The notes under the pieces were generated by a model. That model worked only from the letters and a program-made list of their open reading frames with translations, had not been told where the DNA came from and did not search any database. DNA of 64,000 bases from NCBI GenBank assembly GCA_024679065.1, contig JAGIQG010000002.1:59892001-59956000 (forward strand), given 5' to 3'. Shown here piece by piece: positions 25,553-38,560 of the stretch. Each line of letters opens with the position of its first letter. Position 1 is the first letter of the stretch. This stretch comes from Sphyrna mokarran (lineage: Eukaryota). The position numbers were made by a program, and so were the translations under genes.

Positions 25553-28274
25553 AGTTTACCAAACATGAACTTTGCCAATAATGGAATAATTAAAGATGTC
25601 ATTTTCAGATGTAACACTGCAGTATGTAGATTTTTCTTAGTCTGTTTACTTTTGAGAATTAGGGATTTCACTGTTCAAATCATTTGTCCCATTAGACTGT
25701 TTGACCTAGGATAATGAAGAGACGATATAGTATAATCAATATTCCACTTCTCATGATTATCCTGATTTAGCTTAACAATAAATTGCAGACCATTATCTAC
25801 AATGATTTATTTAGACACACCAAATAACTGGAAAATAACATGCATATGACAGTTAGAGCTTGAAATTTAGTGCAATTGTTGAATACTTGGAAATTTGGTA
25901 AAGTAGGCAATGATGAAGATGAAGTTAGTACCATGGGCATGAAAGGGTTCACATATGATTTTGGATCAAGGATGAGTAGGAACTTCATGTGGACTAAAAG
26001 GTGCTTTGTGCTGACTTGTTCTATGATCTTGACATTCCTCACACTTCTTGACAGTGACTTCAATGTTCAAACCAAATAGACTGCTTTGCTTATGAGTTTT
26101 CTCATCTGTGCCCATGTGTGAATGATTAAGTTGCTGTCAAGAAATTCAGATTGCAAAGACTCTGGTATAACGACCTGCCTGTCTTTATTGTTTTTTCCTG
26201 TAGCAACTGGAATTTGTGTTGCATAAAATGTACCAGATTAATTTGGAGAGCATTTTCATGTTCAATGTCAAAGTCAACTTGTAGATCAAAAGACGTATCT
26301 TCCTTTGGCTGGGTTCGGCAATCTGCTAAGTGTGTCTGATGCGATCATCAAGTTACCTGATTGTGCCGACAGTCTTAAATTTTCATCTTTATCAAGCATT
26401 GCAAGCTTGGCAGTGCACTGGACAATAATTTTGAACCAAATCATTTCCCGTAGCTTGTGGTTGGTCTATAACACAATTTTATTTGGTCAAATGGATAGCC
26501 ATGAAAAGGCATGATTCCAAATAATAAAGCTAATGTTTTGCACTTGATGGAAGAGTAGTTGGCTTCTCTAATGGATAGAGGTTTTGAAACAATTGAGATT
26601 TTGTGTTATGCTTGCTCCTGGACCTTTTTGTGAGAGATCTATCGCCAGGATAGTTGCCTCACTACAATCACAAAGTTGCAATACTTTACATAATGATTCT
26701 TTCAGTGTTTTAAAGAGGTAATGCTATGCTACAGGAAATGCACATTCTTGCTGAAAAATTCTCATAGCAATGAGGATTTTTGAGTGAAATTGAGAATGCA
26801 TGGAGACAAGAAATTAAAGAAACATAGATGGCTTTAACAATCCTCCTACTCTTGATCTATTTTACTTGGATTGGGACCTATGCCAGCAACTGGAATAAAC
26901 AGAACTGAGAATATTGATCTGCTGCATGTGGATGTCTCATTTCACACCGTTGAACACCAATCCTTTATTACATGCTGTTTGCATCAATGAAAGCAGATTG
27001 TGGTCAGATTCTTGCTTTGTCCCTCCCATAACAACTCTATCAATTAAGATATAGATGTATCCTGGCATAATGTATTCAATACATTACACGAGCTTCTTGG
27101 CTAATAGGTGCCATGAAAGGTAGTCTTTGGTAGCAGTATTGAAATGTGTTAAACTCCTGGGATTTTTCTGTGAGATGTACTGGACAATAGCCATACTTTG
27201 CACCAAGTATAAAATAATTTTACACTTGCAAATCTTGGTTTTAACTCTTCTAATGGTGGTATTTTGTGAGGACAATGTTTAAAATCTGTGGTTAAATACT
27301 ACGAATCAAGACATAGTCTTAATGATCTGCCCTTCTTTATGCTACATGCGATTGAGTTGCACCAATCTGTGTACATTTGTGTTTTAACAATTCCACCTTT
27401 TTCCATTTTGCCTAGTTTGACCTACAGATTGTCTTGTTTGTAGATGCTGCACTTATATGGTGGATCGGTTGATGGGTTCAACTGCAAGTGTGATGTTGCC
27501 GTTCCCTTTAAACTGTCAATTTTGTCAAAGCAACCTGGATATTTCAGTGTTAGGGTCATGAACTGATGTGATAGGAGTATTTTCTAAGGTTGATCTGCGT
27601 TGCAATGTCTGACTGATTCTATGGATTGTTACTTGTATGAGGTCATGACATGCAGGCAGACTTGCTAGGCAATTAGTTTCCATGATGTAGAGTCTTTGTG
27701 ACATCCAGGAGGATTTACTGTATTTTCAGTCCAGGATAATGGATCCTGCAAATGGAATTAGTGAACCATTTAGATTGAAAGTTTTACAACAGGAGATTTT
27801 ATCGTGGTCTTTCACATCTGTGAATGTGTGTCTTAAAATTTTCAGAGGTGTTATGTTGACACTTGCCCCTGTGTCAATTTTGACCAATAACAAATTAGGA
27901 CGGATAATTAAAATCTTGACAAAGTCTTCAGAGAGTGTGATAGCATCTCTGTTTTTCCATGAGATTGACAGTATGAAACACAGGTTCACCATTCTTTGTC
28001 TCACTGTGGGCATCATTTTTATTTTCAGATTTATTAGTCACCTCATGTATGATGTCATTGACCAGAATACTGGATCGTCTTCTAATTGCTTGAAGGTACT
28101 TGTTGCATACAGTCTGTTTGGATCAGTGCACAGTTCTTTGTAGCTGAATCAGTCTTTCGTTTAGTGCACTACTGCTGTCAATAGCCCTTTCTACCACATT
28201 CCTTGCAGAATTGGTGAAACGCATGACATTTCCTTTGTGTGTGCAGAAGTTCATCCAAGGCATCACTAAAGTGA

Positions 28275-29320
28275 CAGCAAAACACTGCAAATGCTGGAAT
28301 CGGAAACAAAAACAGAAAATCTCAGCAGGTCCAACATCATCTGAGGACAGAGAATAGTGTTGAGGTTTTGAATTTGGATGACCCTTTGTCAAGGTTTAGA
28401 ACGAAGAGAATCAGTAGAGATTTATACTATTCGGGTGGTGAGGAGTAGTGCTGGAACTTGACAAATGGAATGCAAATAAGAATGAAGAAGGCTAGGAAAG
28501 TGCTAAAAATGTCCATAAAGTGATAAGTATATGAGGATGGCAGCACAGAGGTACAGATGGTTAAGGACTGCTTAGGAATTATGGCAGTTGCCCTAGGTGG
28601 GGCTGGGGAGGGGCAAAGATGAGAGCTAGAATGGAGAAATGGAAGTGAGAAATTTGGAAGATAAAATGAATGAATGAGATGAAATAAAATGAAATAATAT
28701 AAATGGAAATGGGGTGAAGATGGTGGGGAGAGTTCATGCATTGAAGTTGTTGAACTCAATGTTCAATCCAGAAGGCTGTAAAAGTGCCTAATCTGAAGAT
28801 GAAGTGCTGTTTCACCAGTTTGTGTTGAGCTTCGCTAGAACATTGCAAAAGGCCAAAGATGGACATATGGACAGGAGAGCAGGGTGGATGTTTTGAAGTG
28901 ACAAGTGACAGAAAGATCTGGGTCCTGCTTGCAGACAGACAAAAGTATGTTCAGCAAAGCAGTCGCCCAGTCTGTGTTTGATCCATCTAATGTAGAGTTA
29001 CTCTTTTTTGTTCCCCATTCCTTCAGGGCAACCGCCATAATCCCTCGGCAGTCCGTTAATCATCTGTACCTCTGTTCTGCCATTCCCACATTCTGATCAC
29101 TTTAATAAACACTGTTAGCACTTTCTGAGCCTTTTTCATTCTCATTTACATTCCATTTGTCCCATTCCACTCAACTAGCCTTGTAGTTTCAATCTCTGCT
29201 GATTCTTTTTGCTCTTAGCTCTGATGAAGTGTCATCTAGACTCGAAACATTGGCTCCATTCTTTCCCCACAGATGCTATCAGAACTGCTGAGATTTTTCA
29301 GCATTTTCTATTTTTTCTCC
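28275..29320 (-). mobile_element. 5'-truncated Penelope-like element with inverted terminal repeats
   Basis: GIY-YIG ORF end on the - strand (~28740-28990: DPDLSVTCHF, then an FRLGTF..LNIEFNNF-like end); ~290-bp inverted repeat 28300-28594 versus 29025-29315. Confidence 0.85.
29217..29255 (+). ncRNA. Minimal type-I hammerhead ribozyme motif
   Basis: AGCU-CUGAUGA-A-GUGUC-aucua-GACUC-GAAA-CAUU-GGCU: both core boxes intact, stem I (AGCU/GGCU), stem II with one mismatch, stem-III palindrome AACGUU decayed to AACAUU. Confidence 0.72.
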
Positions 29321-29664
29321 AAGATATCACACCTGTCTTTCTAGGTTTGTGTGTACTAGTGAGCGCGTCAACAGTTGGAGTTGTACTTAAGGCTTGTGCT
29401 TTCTTCATCTGTGAGAATTACTTTGTCCTTACATCCATCCTTGAGCAGCTCTTCAATGGTAGGAGCTTTGGGCTTGTATTTTTCTTCTTTTTAGGTTCAT
29501 CGAGCCATTCATTGTACAATAAACAAGACACCAAGAGATTTGGCAAACACATTGTGTGTTCATTTATTAAAGCTAGGCACAGGAAAACAGTTTAATATTG
29601 TTATAAAGCTTATATATCTGTAGGCAACAAGGTTACTGCAATCTGATTTCATGGCTTTGGTGCT

Positions 29665-29807
29665 NNNNNNNNNNNNNNNNNNNNNNNNNNNNNNNNNNNN
29701 NNNNNNNNNNNNNNNNNNNNNNNNNNNNNNNNNNNNNNNNNNNNNNNNNNNNNNNNNNNNNNNNNNNNNNNNNNNNNNNNNNNNNNNNNNNNNNNNNNNN
29801 NNNNNNN
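29665..29807. other. Assembly gap (143 N)
   Basis: Run of n. Confidence 1.
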
Positions 29808-30714
29808 TAAAACTGTAACCGATAACAAATAAGTAATGTTCCATGCTTGTGCCCTATTTAACACAGCAGTTGTTCCTTTTTTCAATTGTGGCAGAGATTT
29901 CCAGTTCTGTCTGCTGAAAGCCAGCAGTTGTACTTACAATAAGATTAATCCAAATTAACCATCAGAGAATTGCAAACCATATTTGGCAGCATGGCAGCAT
30001 TCTAGTCACTGCTAGGACAAAGACATGTAATACTAAGGTTACAAAAGGCTATGAATATGTGGGTTACAGTGCATTCTTCCATGGTTTCCTGCACCTTGTA
30101 GTTAAATGGTTGGGTATTCTCTTCTTTTAATGTTTCTTTTTTACCAAATTGCATTACTTTACATTGTAAGCTATCTTCGTTTTTCCAATTGCATCTTAGT
30201 TATGAAAGAGAGATTATCTGCTCAGTAAGAATATCTCCTTAAATAAGTTACTTTAGATATGCTGCTCTGTACCCATTTACCAGTGGGGTTTTTAAATTAT
30301 TCCACTGCCTTAATGACAGCTTCAATTCACAATCTGGAAGACAAGACAAAACAAAGTAGTTTTGCTCACAATCATTTCAGCTTATCTTAAACTCTCAATT
30401 GAAGGTCCCAGAGAGCCAAACAATTACCCAAATTTGAGTTTTCCTGTCAGCATCATATTCCTTAGATGCAACCAGTGTGTTTTATTTCCATAAAATGAAA
30501 GCCCTGATTTTCACTCTGGGCAGGAAAGGTGTAGTCAAGAGTCAAAGCAGGTGACCTTGATAATAATGAAAGATGAGAGATTTTAACTGCAGAGTTCACA
30601 TGGTCACCTGCTGGAACTGGCTGGAGGGCACAAGTGGTTGTTAGCCAGCAGGCAGCAGTCACTGGGGACCTGAAAGAATGATCCCTAGCACTTGGTTGAA
30701 TGGTTGGAAATGTC

Positions 30715-31200
30715 TTGCAGTCATAGAAACATTGGAACACAGGAACAGGAGTCGGAACAGTTGAGGAATGCCCTGACCTCTGTGATTCATCACCCAGCTT
30801 GGGAGCAGATAACTGGGACAATCAGTGACAACACTCCTCAGAGGAGGATCACTACCTAGTGCAGAAAGATGATGAATGGATCTCATCCGCTCGACTAGGA
30901 TAATTCAGCCTTCTCCTCACTTTCACAGTCCTATCAGGCATTTTGCAGACTTGTACTCTACAAGGATCTTACATGCTACCATTGCAAGAGACACCTCGCT
31001 GACTCTCGCATACACACTTTGAGAGTGTCTTCTCTTCCCATATCCTGTACAGTTCACACCCTTCAGCCCTCACATTGGTCCACTCAGCATAGACAGAAGT
31101 CAGACATACTTATTATCTACTTGGGCATCTATACATTCTCAGTCTCTCCATATGTCAGTATCCAGTAGTGTTCCCAGCACATTGTTATTAAACTTGGGCT
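30715..31200 (+). pseudogene. Possible Harbinger Myb/SANT ORF2 exon-2 remnant
   Basis: ttgcag acceptor then frameshifted ..cacaggaacaggagtcggaacagttgaggaatgccctgacctc, resembling the HNR.E..RTGGGMPDL motif. Confidence 0.4.
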
Positions 31201-31301
31201 TCTTCTCTTTTGAGGCCATCACTCACAATGACTAGAAGAAAGATGGTGTGATGAGATCAAGGTTAGATAGATGAATCCCAGCCCATCCCACGACAATATA
31301 T

Positions 31302-31432
31302 GGGCCAAAATTCTCCAGCCTCTTAGCTGCGTGATTCCTGCCAGTGGGAAGTGGCGTGTTGTTTTCTAGCGACGTGATTCTCTGGTCTTGCTGCTGCCAA
31401 CGAGAATTCCCATGAACAGCCAGAGAATTTCA
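31302..31432. mobile_element. Harbinger-type MITE-like fragment
   Basis: gggccaaaattctcc ... agagaatttcag imperfect inverted ends. Confidence 0.45.
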
Positions 31433-32239
31433 GTGTGATGTGCATCACTTCATGCCTATATAATGAGCTGAAAAGTAGAAACCCGTACACACTAACCAGT
31501 GGGAAATACGTTACTCTTCACATATCACCACACTTACTCCCGGAAGCAGAAGTTTGTCCCTGTAAAGGTAATATTTGATTGATTGGGTCTAAACGTCATC
31601 AGTTAATCATTCAGCCAGACCAATGAAAAAAACTTTTTTTTTCATAGTCGAACTGACAATATAGCATATTTTCCATCAGGACAAAGTGCCAGGAGTTCAA
31701 TCAGGGAATTTATTTTCCTTCCAGTCACTTTCACAATTGCCATCCTGTTAAGGATGGAGGGCAGACTCCCATTACTGTGAGACAAAACACAGTTCTCGAG
31801 ACTCAACAGCACCAGAGAGGTGGGCACTGCTGAGGCAGGTCAAAAAATCTGAGGGTGCCTCAAAACCAAGATGCTCTAGACAGTGACAGCAAATCTTTCA
31901 CAACAACTGAGCAGGCTGGCCCCTTTTTTAATGGATGGAGTCTCAAATGCGGCACAGCAAAAGTCAAGTGAATGCTCTCCATGATATATAATGGGACTTT
32001 AAATATGTCCACTGCAAGAAAATGGGCAACCAATCGGTCCCATCATAGGAAATTTCCCTGGCAGTTGGAAAACACGAGGGGACAGTTCCAACCAAGGAGC
32101 CAGGAAATTCTGCTCAAAAATTCTATCACTGATTGTTAGTTTGAGAAGCCAATAGTTTGAATGCATGGATCTTATTCATTTTCTGGAAATGAGAAGTGGA
32201 AAACAGTTCATTATTGATATAAGATGAAGACCACAGCAC

Positions 32240-32560
32240 TGCAGCATAGTGGTTAGCACTACTGCCTCACAATGCCAGGGATCAAGCTCAATTCTGGCCT
32301 CGGGTGATTGTCTGTGTGAAATTTGCACATTCTCCCTGTGTCTGCATGGTTTCCTCCAGATGCTCTGATTTCTTCCCACAGTTCAAAGATATATAAATTA
32401 GGTTAATTTGCCATGATCAATTGTCCCTGAGAATAAGGGGAATTAGGAGGGTAAATATGTGGGGTTTTCGGGAAAAGATCTGAGATGGAATTGTTGTTGG
32501 TGCAGGCTCAGTGAGCCAAATGGCCTCCTTTTGCACTGTAGAATCTATGATTCTATGATA
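32240..32560 (+). mobile_element. V-SINE with type-A tail
   Basis: Head tagtggttagcactactgcctcaca, V core, tail tggcctccttttgcactgtagaatctatgattctatga. Confidence 0.92.
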
Positions 32561-32561
32561 T

Positions 32562-33135
32562 TAAACACCTCAATATAGATAAATAACACACCTCAACCTA
32601 GATACAAAACATCAAGATCAATACATAATACACGTCAATATAGATACATTATATACCTCAATATACAGAATTCCATGATTCTATGATATAACGCACCTCA
32701 ATCTCAATACAGAATACACTTCAATCTGGATACAAAATATACACCAATATAGATACAGAATACAGATCAATATCAATATGTAATATACTCACATATCGAT
32801 ATATAATACACCTCAATATAGATGTAGAATACACGTCAATCTGGATACAAAATATACCTCAATATAGATACAGAATGCACATCAATATCAATATATAAAA
32901 CACCCTCATTTTGATATATAATACATCTCACTATAGATACATAAACACAATACAGATCCATAACACACCTCAATATAGATCCAGAATATACCTCAATATA
33001 GATATATAATATACCTCAATGTACAGAATACACCTTAATATAGATACATAATACACCTCAATATACAGAATACGCCTCAACATTGATACATAACTCGCCT
33101 CAATATCAATACATAATTCAACTCAATAAGGACAT
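32562..33135. repeat. Degenerate 23-bp minisatellite (~25 copies), consensus AATACACCTCAATATAGATACAT
   Basis: Tandem units with recurring cacctcaatatagatac; some 19-bp variants. Confidence 0.92.
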
Positions 33136-34164
33136 GCAACACCTTATTGCAACAAGCCTTCTTAAAACTGTACAATCTCTATACAACAGGTTTTCTAGTG
33201 CAGTTACAATGATATCTTTACAAAAACAGCTCATTCAGGGGACATTAATATAGAGAAGGTGATGGCACAGTGTTTATTGGCTTTCAGAGCAAATATTGCT
33301 AGACTGGATATTCACGAATACCTGTCCGGTGCATTTGGTTATGTTTGTTAAAAGTTACAGGTCATTAATGGGAATTTTTGCACTTTTTTTTCCATGGATA
33401 ACCTCCTGTTTGTTTGTTTTTTGTACGAACTTTTTCTTGTGAATATACATTGGTTTTGTACAATGAAATTGGAATAGTTGAAACTGTCTTAGTTTCTATA
33501 GTTTTATTTTAAAGCATCAAACCTAATATAAACATTACAATTTGCATACTATTCAGTAGGTGGCTCAGCACGAATGAAATATTCATAACCTAATTTACAC
33601 GTAGCTGAAATGGTGCTGAAGAAAAATTTCATTGTTCCAAACAATCTTCACCAAAAATATAAGCAGCTTACCAGTTTGAATATGTGTTCTAAAATTGTCA
33701 GTAGCAATATATATAAATTATTAATGGGGCGAATTAAAAGAAATTGTTTTACTTTAATTATACCCAGCTGAAATAATGTTCCCCTGTTACCATAGAGATT
33801 GAATGAGCAGTATTTGGAAACACTTAACCTATTGATTCCATAGTTTCACTACTCCCTCCACATCTCAACTTGTATTTAACTTAGTCTATAACATTTTATC
33901 TGCTTCCATTAGATGTGTCTTTGGTGTGTGGGTAGGGAACACATAATTAGGGCATAATTAGGGCACTTCACCATCTTTCTGCCCACCCTCAAGCTCAAAC
34001 CATAATATGGACTGAAAGGGCAGAATATTATGGATAAACCAACCTCCTACTGCCCCAGCATTATACAGCACTTTCTATCCTTGGCTATTTTAATAAAAAG
34101 CATTATCATTTTTCTACAACTATCAGAACTATAGTTGATCCAATGTAGTACCCCCTGACTGACA

Positions 34165-34790
34165 GAGAATAGAAACATAGGAACTAGAGTAGATCACTTA
34201 GCACCTTAAGCCTATTCTCCCTTCAGTGAGATCATGGCTTATCTATACCTAACTCTAAATACTCGTCTTTATCACGTTTCTTAATTTAAAACTTGTCAAC
34301 CTCAGATTTAAAACTGACAATTGACTCAGAACTAATTGTCATTAGTGAAAGAGAGTTCCAAAATTCTATGAACCTTTGAATGTAGAAGTGTTCCGAACTT
34401 CACTTCTGAAAAGCCTTACTGTAATTTTTAGGCAATGTACCCTAACAGTTTGAAGTTTATTTACTAGTGTCACAAGTCAGCTTACATTAACACTACAGTG
34501 AAGTTACTGTGAAAATCCCCCAGTCACCACACTCCGGCACATATTTGGGTACAATGAAGGATAATGTAGCATGGAGAATGCAGCCAACCAGTGCATCTTT
34601 CAAATTGTGGGAGGGAACCAGAACACTCAGAGGAAACACACGCAGACATGGAGAGAACATTATTTACCCTAAAATTTCCTTTTGAATATCTTCAAAATCT
34701 TCAATCAAATTATACCAAGAATTTTCTAAATTCCAAGGAATGCAACCCTGGTTTGTGTAATCTCTCCTCATAATTCCCTTGAGATCTAAT
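34165..34790 (-). mobile_element. Old CR1 3' end interrupted by a V-SINE
   Basis: atagaaacataggaactagagtag tail; gagagttccaaaattct, ttttctaaattccaagga and similar match the CR1 antisense pattern. Confidence 0.7.
34445..34660 (-). mobile_element. 5'-truncated V-SINE, type-B tail
   Basis: tttactagtgtcacaagtcagcttacattaacactacagtgaagttactgtgaaaatcccc; core gggagggaaccagaacactcagaggaaac. Confidence 0.88.
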
Positions 34791-35929
34791 ATCATCCAGA
34801 ATCAATAAGAAGCACAGGCAATGATGTGAGGAGCAGTACCAGGCTAACCTAAAAACAAGGTATTAAGCTGCTGAAGCTACAACACATAAGTACATGTCAC
34901 GCAGGAGAAACTGGATGTGATCATTTTAAAAATGCATTTTCTTATTCGCCTTTCCTCACTGTATTTAAAAAAACAACAAACTGTAATCATATTAAGATAA
35001 TAGAGGACTGCCTGTCAGGCAGAATAAACAATTTGAACCTATTCCAAATGACCCTCAATTAAATAATCTGCGATAGAATTATCCTATGGAGCAAAATTTT
35101 CAGTTAATATATCCATGAAAGTTAGTGAAGCTGGAGAAATCCTCTCAGGCTGGGTTTAGAATTACATGTAGACTAGTGAAATTGATCTGAAATTGCAAAC
35201 AAGAAATTGAATGAGTTCTTTGGTGGAATTGAACATGGCCTTGTCCACTAGCTGAAAAGTGGGAAGAGAGGCAAGCTTTATCAGCCTTGGATGTCATACT
35301 GGATTTAATAGTTGTCAGGCAATTATTTGCCAGAGGTTGTGTCTGCTGATGAAGGGTGTGTCACCTCTGCAATCTCAGCAGTGCCACTGATGGCACATGT
35401 AGATGAGTGTAAATAAACATAGGCAGCCTCTGATGTCAATCAAAGGATATTACATATGCAGATGTGATTGCTTGAGTACCTTAATATATTTAACCTGGAT
35501 TGATCCAGTAAGTAGCTGTAATTAGAATATATGGAGAAACAATGGAGACCCTTCAGAAACAATGGAATGGGATAAAATGATGCTATTGAGAAAGATTGAA
35601 GTCTGAATATTCATACAAGCCAACTCTTAATTAAAAATTCATTCAATCAGTTCTCAATTCTGTAGGCCAGATAATTTATTTTTAGGAAAGTCATACATAA
35701 CCACTTTGTTGGCAAAAATGGCAAGAAATCTGCTGATATAATAGTGAGTCAGGGACCAGAGAGGAGTAAAATTTAAAGAAAATGTAACAATAACTAGTTT
35801 TGCTTTCACCTACTTCCATGTATGACAGAAGTATGTTTAGTTATGCGCAAGTGATCTGTTCACCAGAAGTGGGCTGATCATTAATGTAAGCATTTTGATC
35901 ATTTTCGGCTGATTCTGAGGATTTTTGTT

Positions 35930-36440
35930 TTAATTTGATTTATTATCGTCACATGCTTTATATACAGTAAACGTAATGTTTCTTGAACGTTATAGACACA
36001 AAGGATCCCATACATAGGGAAGGAAAGGAAGCTGTGCAGAATGAAGTGTTACAGTCATAGCTAGAGTGTAGAGAAAGATCAACTCAATGCGATGCAGGTC
36101 CATTTAAAAATCTGATGGCAGCAGGAAACAAACTGTTTTGTGTCAGTTGGTACGTGTTCTCAAACCTTTGTATCTTTTTTCCTGCTGAAGAAGATGGAAG
36201 AGCGTATGTTTAGGTGCTTGGGATCCTGGATTATGTTGACTGCTTTTCTGAGACAATGGGAACGGTAGACAACGTCAATGCATGGAAGGCTGGTTTGCAT
36301 GATAGACTGGGTTTTGACAACAACCTTTTTTACTTTATTGCGGTCTTGGACAGAGTAGGAGCCATACCAGTACAACAAGAAAGAATGATTCCTATGCTGC
36401 ATCTGTAGAAGTTGGTGAGAGTTGTAGCCGACATGCTACT
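35930..36440 (-). mobile_element. Rex1/Babar-like LINE 3' end
   Basis: Colinear with 52533-53060; WYGSYSVQDRNKVKKVV..SLPCIDVVYRSHCLRKAVNIIQDPKH. Confidence 0.85.
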
Positions 36441-37204
36441 CTGTAATTGTAGCAGAACATGGGCAGTAACCTCAGGTCTGGTCAAGTTATTGCAAAGCAA
36501 ATGGGAGACTTACAGAGGAAATTCCTGGTGATGTACTTCGAGGAAGCAAATTAAAATGAAAATTATGGCAGAAGCTTTCAAAAATCCTGCCTTATTGCAT
36601 AAGAAAATTAATCAAACTTCAGGAAATCAAAGTTGATATTTTCATGTTGAATGATGAGGTTAACAAATATGCCATACTGTTGTCTTTCTGGTTAGAATCA
36701 TAAACACATTAGTGGTGAATTGACCTTGCAGTATTCTGCATGCAGCTGTTGTTTAACAGACTGTGGCAGGCGTTTTGCAAATCGAGTAAACCAGTTAATA
36801 GACAATAAGCGATGATGACTTCTAAAACGTGCCCAATTATAGAGTGTCAAGTTTATATGGCATCAGTTTCTCCTAGCTTGCTCTCTTCAGTTTCTACTGT
36901 TTCCTCTTGTATCATGTGTTATAGTTTTTTTCTGTTATGTACACTGCACTTAGGAGAAGAGTAAACTCATGGATTTGCAACAGAGCAGCCATTTTGAACT
37001 AACTTTACTTACATTCCTCAACAAGGTAACAACAAAGACAATAAAACAAACTGCACAGATTTTGCAATATAATACATTCCCTGCCCACTTAAAAAAAAAA
37101 CTTATCTACATATACCATTTTAAATTTTAATGAATAAGTTTCCAGTTTACAACATGATAAAATTAATATCAACAATACCACAAAATTTAGAAGGCTTATG
37201 TTTT

Positions 37205-38010
37205 CTCATTTACTTACGTGATGTGGACATCAATGGCTAAGGCAGCGTTTATTGCATATTCCTAATTGCCATTGAGAAGGAGCCATCCTCTTGAATTACT
37301 GAAGCTTCACAGGTTATAGGTACATGGTGCTCAGAAAGGCAATGCCAGGATTTTGACCATGATTACTAGAGGAATGGCAATATAGTTCCAAGTCAGGATG
37401 ATGTGCGATGTTGAAGGGAGTTTTCAGGTGTTTGTGTTCCCATGCATCTGTCATCCTTGTTCTCCTAGGTGGTGGAATGTGCTGTTGAAGGAGTCTGTGT
37501 GAGTTGCTGCACTGCATCTTGTAGATGGTCAGTACTACTGCGATTGTATGTCGGTGGTGGAGGGAGTGGATGTTGAAAATGGTGCATGGGATGCTAATCA
37601 AGTATGTTGCTTTGCCTTGGATGGTGTTGAACTTCTTGAATGTTGTTGGAGCCGCATTCATCTAGAGAAGTGGAGAGTATTCGATCATACTACTGACTTA
37701 TGTCTTGCAGATTTTGAACAGCTTTGGGGAGACAAGGTGTGGAATTTTCCTGTCTCACCCACCATGGGAATTGTAACAGGTGGTGGTGAGTCCTACAAAG
37801 ATCTATTGATTGTAGATTGGATTTTCTGGCCTTGGGGAGAGTGTAGCTAGAAAATCCCACCCAAGAGATGAATTATTCACTCCAGAATTCCCAGCCTCTC
37901 ACCAGCCACCTTATTTAATATGGTTAGTCTAGTTCAGTTTCTGGTCAATGATAACCCCCAGGATATTGAGTGTGGGTGATTCAGTAATGACAATGCCATT
38001 TGAATATCAA
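37205..38010 (-). mobile_element. LINE family B 3' part with an internal MITE
   Basis: MNAAPTTFKKFNTIQGKATYLI..FNIHSLHHRHTIAVVLTIYKMQCSN; antisense counterpart of 47700-48350. Confidence 0.85.
37736..37862. mobile_element. Harbinger-type MITE
   Basis: ggtgtggaattttc / gaaaatcccaccc inverted ends flanked by caa; LINE sequence resumes afterwards. Confidence 0.7.
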
Positions 38011-38169
38011 GGATCAGCGCGAATTTGCTGCCACGATAAATGGAGCTCTCTACAATATCAATTGTGTTTGAAAAACATAAATAAATATTTGTTTGGTAGT
38101 TTCTTGTCATATTTTTTGCTTTCTTGGCATTTGTGGTTGGAACCACTCTCTCAGTTTGATTGCTGATTG

Positions 38170-38560
38170 ACTTAATGAGCTATTGCAACCCTGTTATAGT
38201 GTCTGACAAGGTGGCAATGTCATCAGCAAAGTTGTGAGCCAACCATCACTGATCCATTTCAATCCAAGATTATCCTTTGTTGACTTCCTTAATATCCAGT
38301 CAATGCTGACAAGACGAAGAGAGAAAAACATACAACTTCAGCTGACCCTGATAGCACATCAAACCAGTCACTGCAATTCATTTTGTCCTGACACAGCTTC
38401 TGGACTTCTCATTAATCTTCTTAATAGCTGCAACCATCCTTGCTGGGATGCATATGAAGAGAACATTTTCCAGTGTGAAATCTGATATAACCTATCAAAT
38501 GTTTTAGTGGAATCAGTAATACTGATGACAAGGGAATGGTTGGTGCTCTTAGAAGTTCTC
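38170..38560 (-). mobile_element. RTE-like LINE RT remnant
   Basis: - strand DSTKTFDRL, IDWILRK and NFADDIATL RT motifs in shifting frames. Confidence 0.6.

Larger units (their letters stand above)
24880..29900 (-). mobile_element. Decayed Ty3/Gypsy gag-pol region, interrupted by a SINE, a Penelope unit and the gap
   Basis: Aspartic protease motif VKIDTGASVN (27726-28016); integrase Zn-finger-like CEECQ..HEVPTHP near 25960-26060; order protease-RT-integrase on the - strand. Confidence 0.8.

Noticed and set aside
29560-29885. ORFs containing X runs
   Set aside because: Artefacts of translating across the N gap
24880-29900. Intact endogenous retrovirus or domesticated Gypsy gene
   Set aside because: Numerous stops and frameshifts, no env, no paired LTRs seen, and interrupted by younger elements
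32562-33135. CRISPR-like periodic array
   Set aside because: Units are head-to-tail degenerate repeats with no unique spacers; vertebrate context and no cas genes
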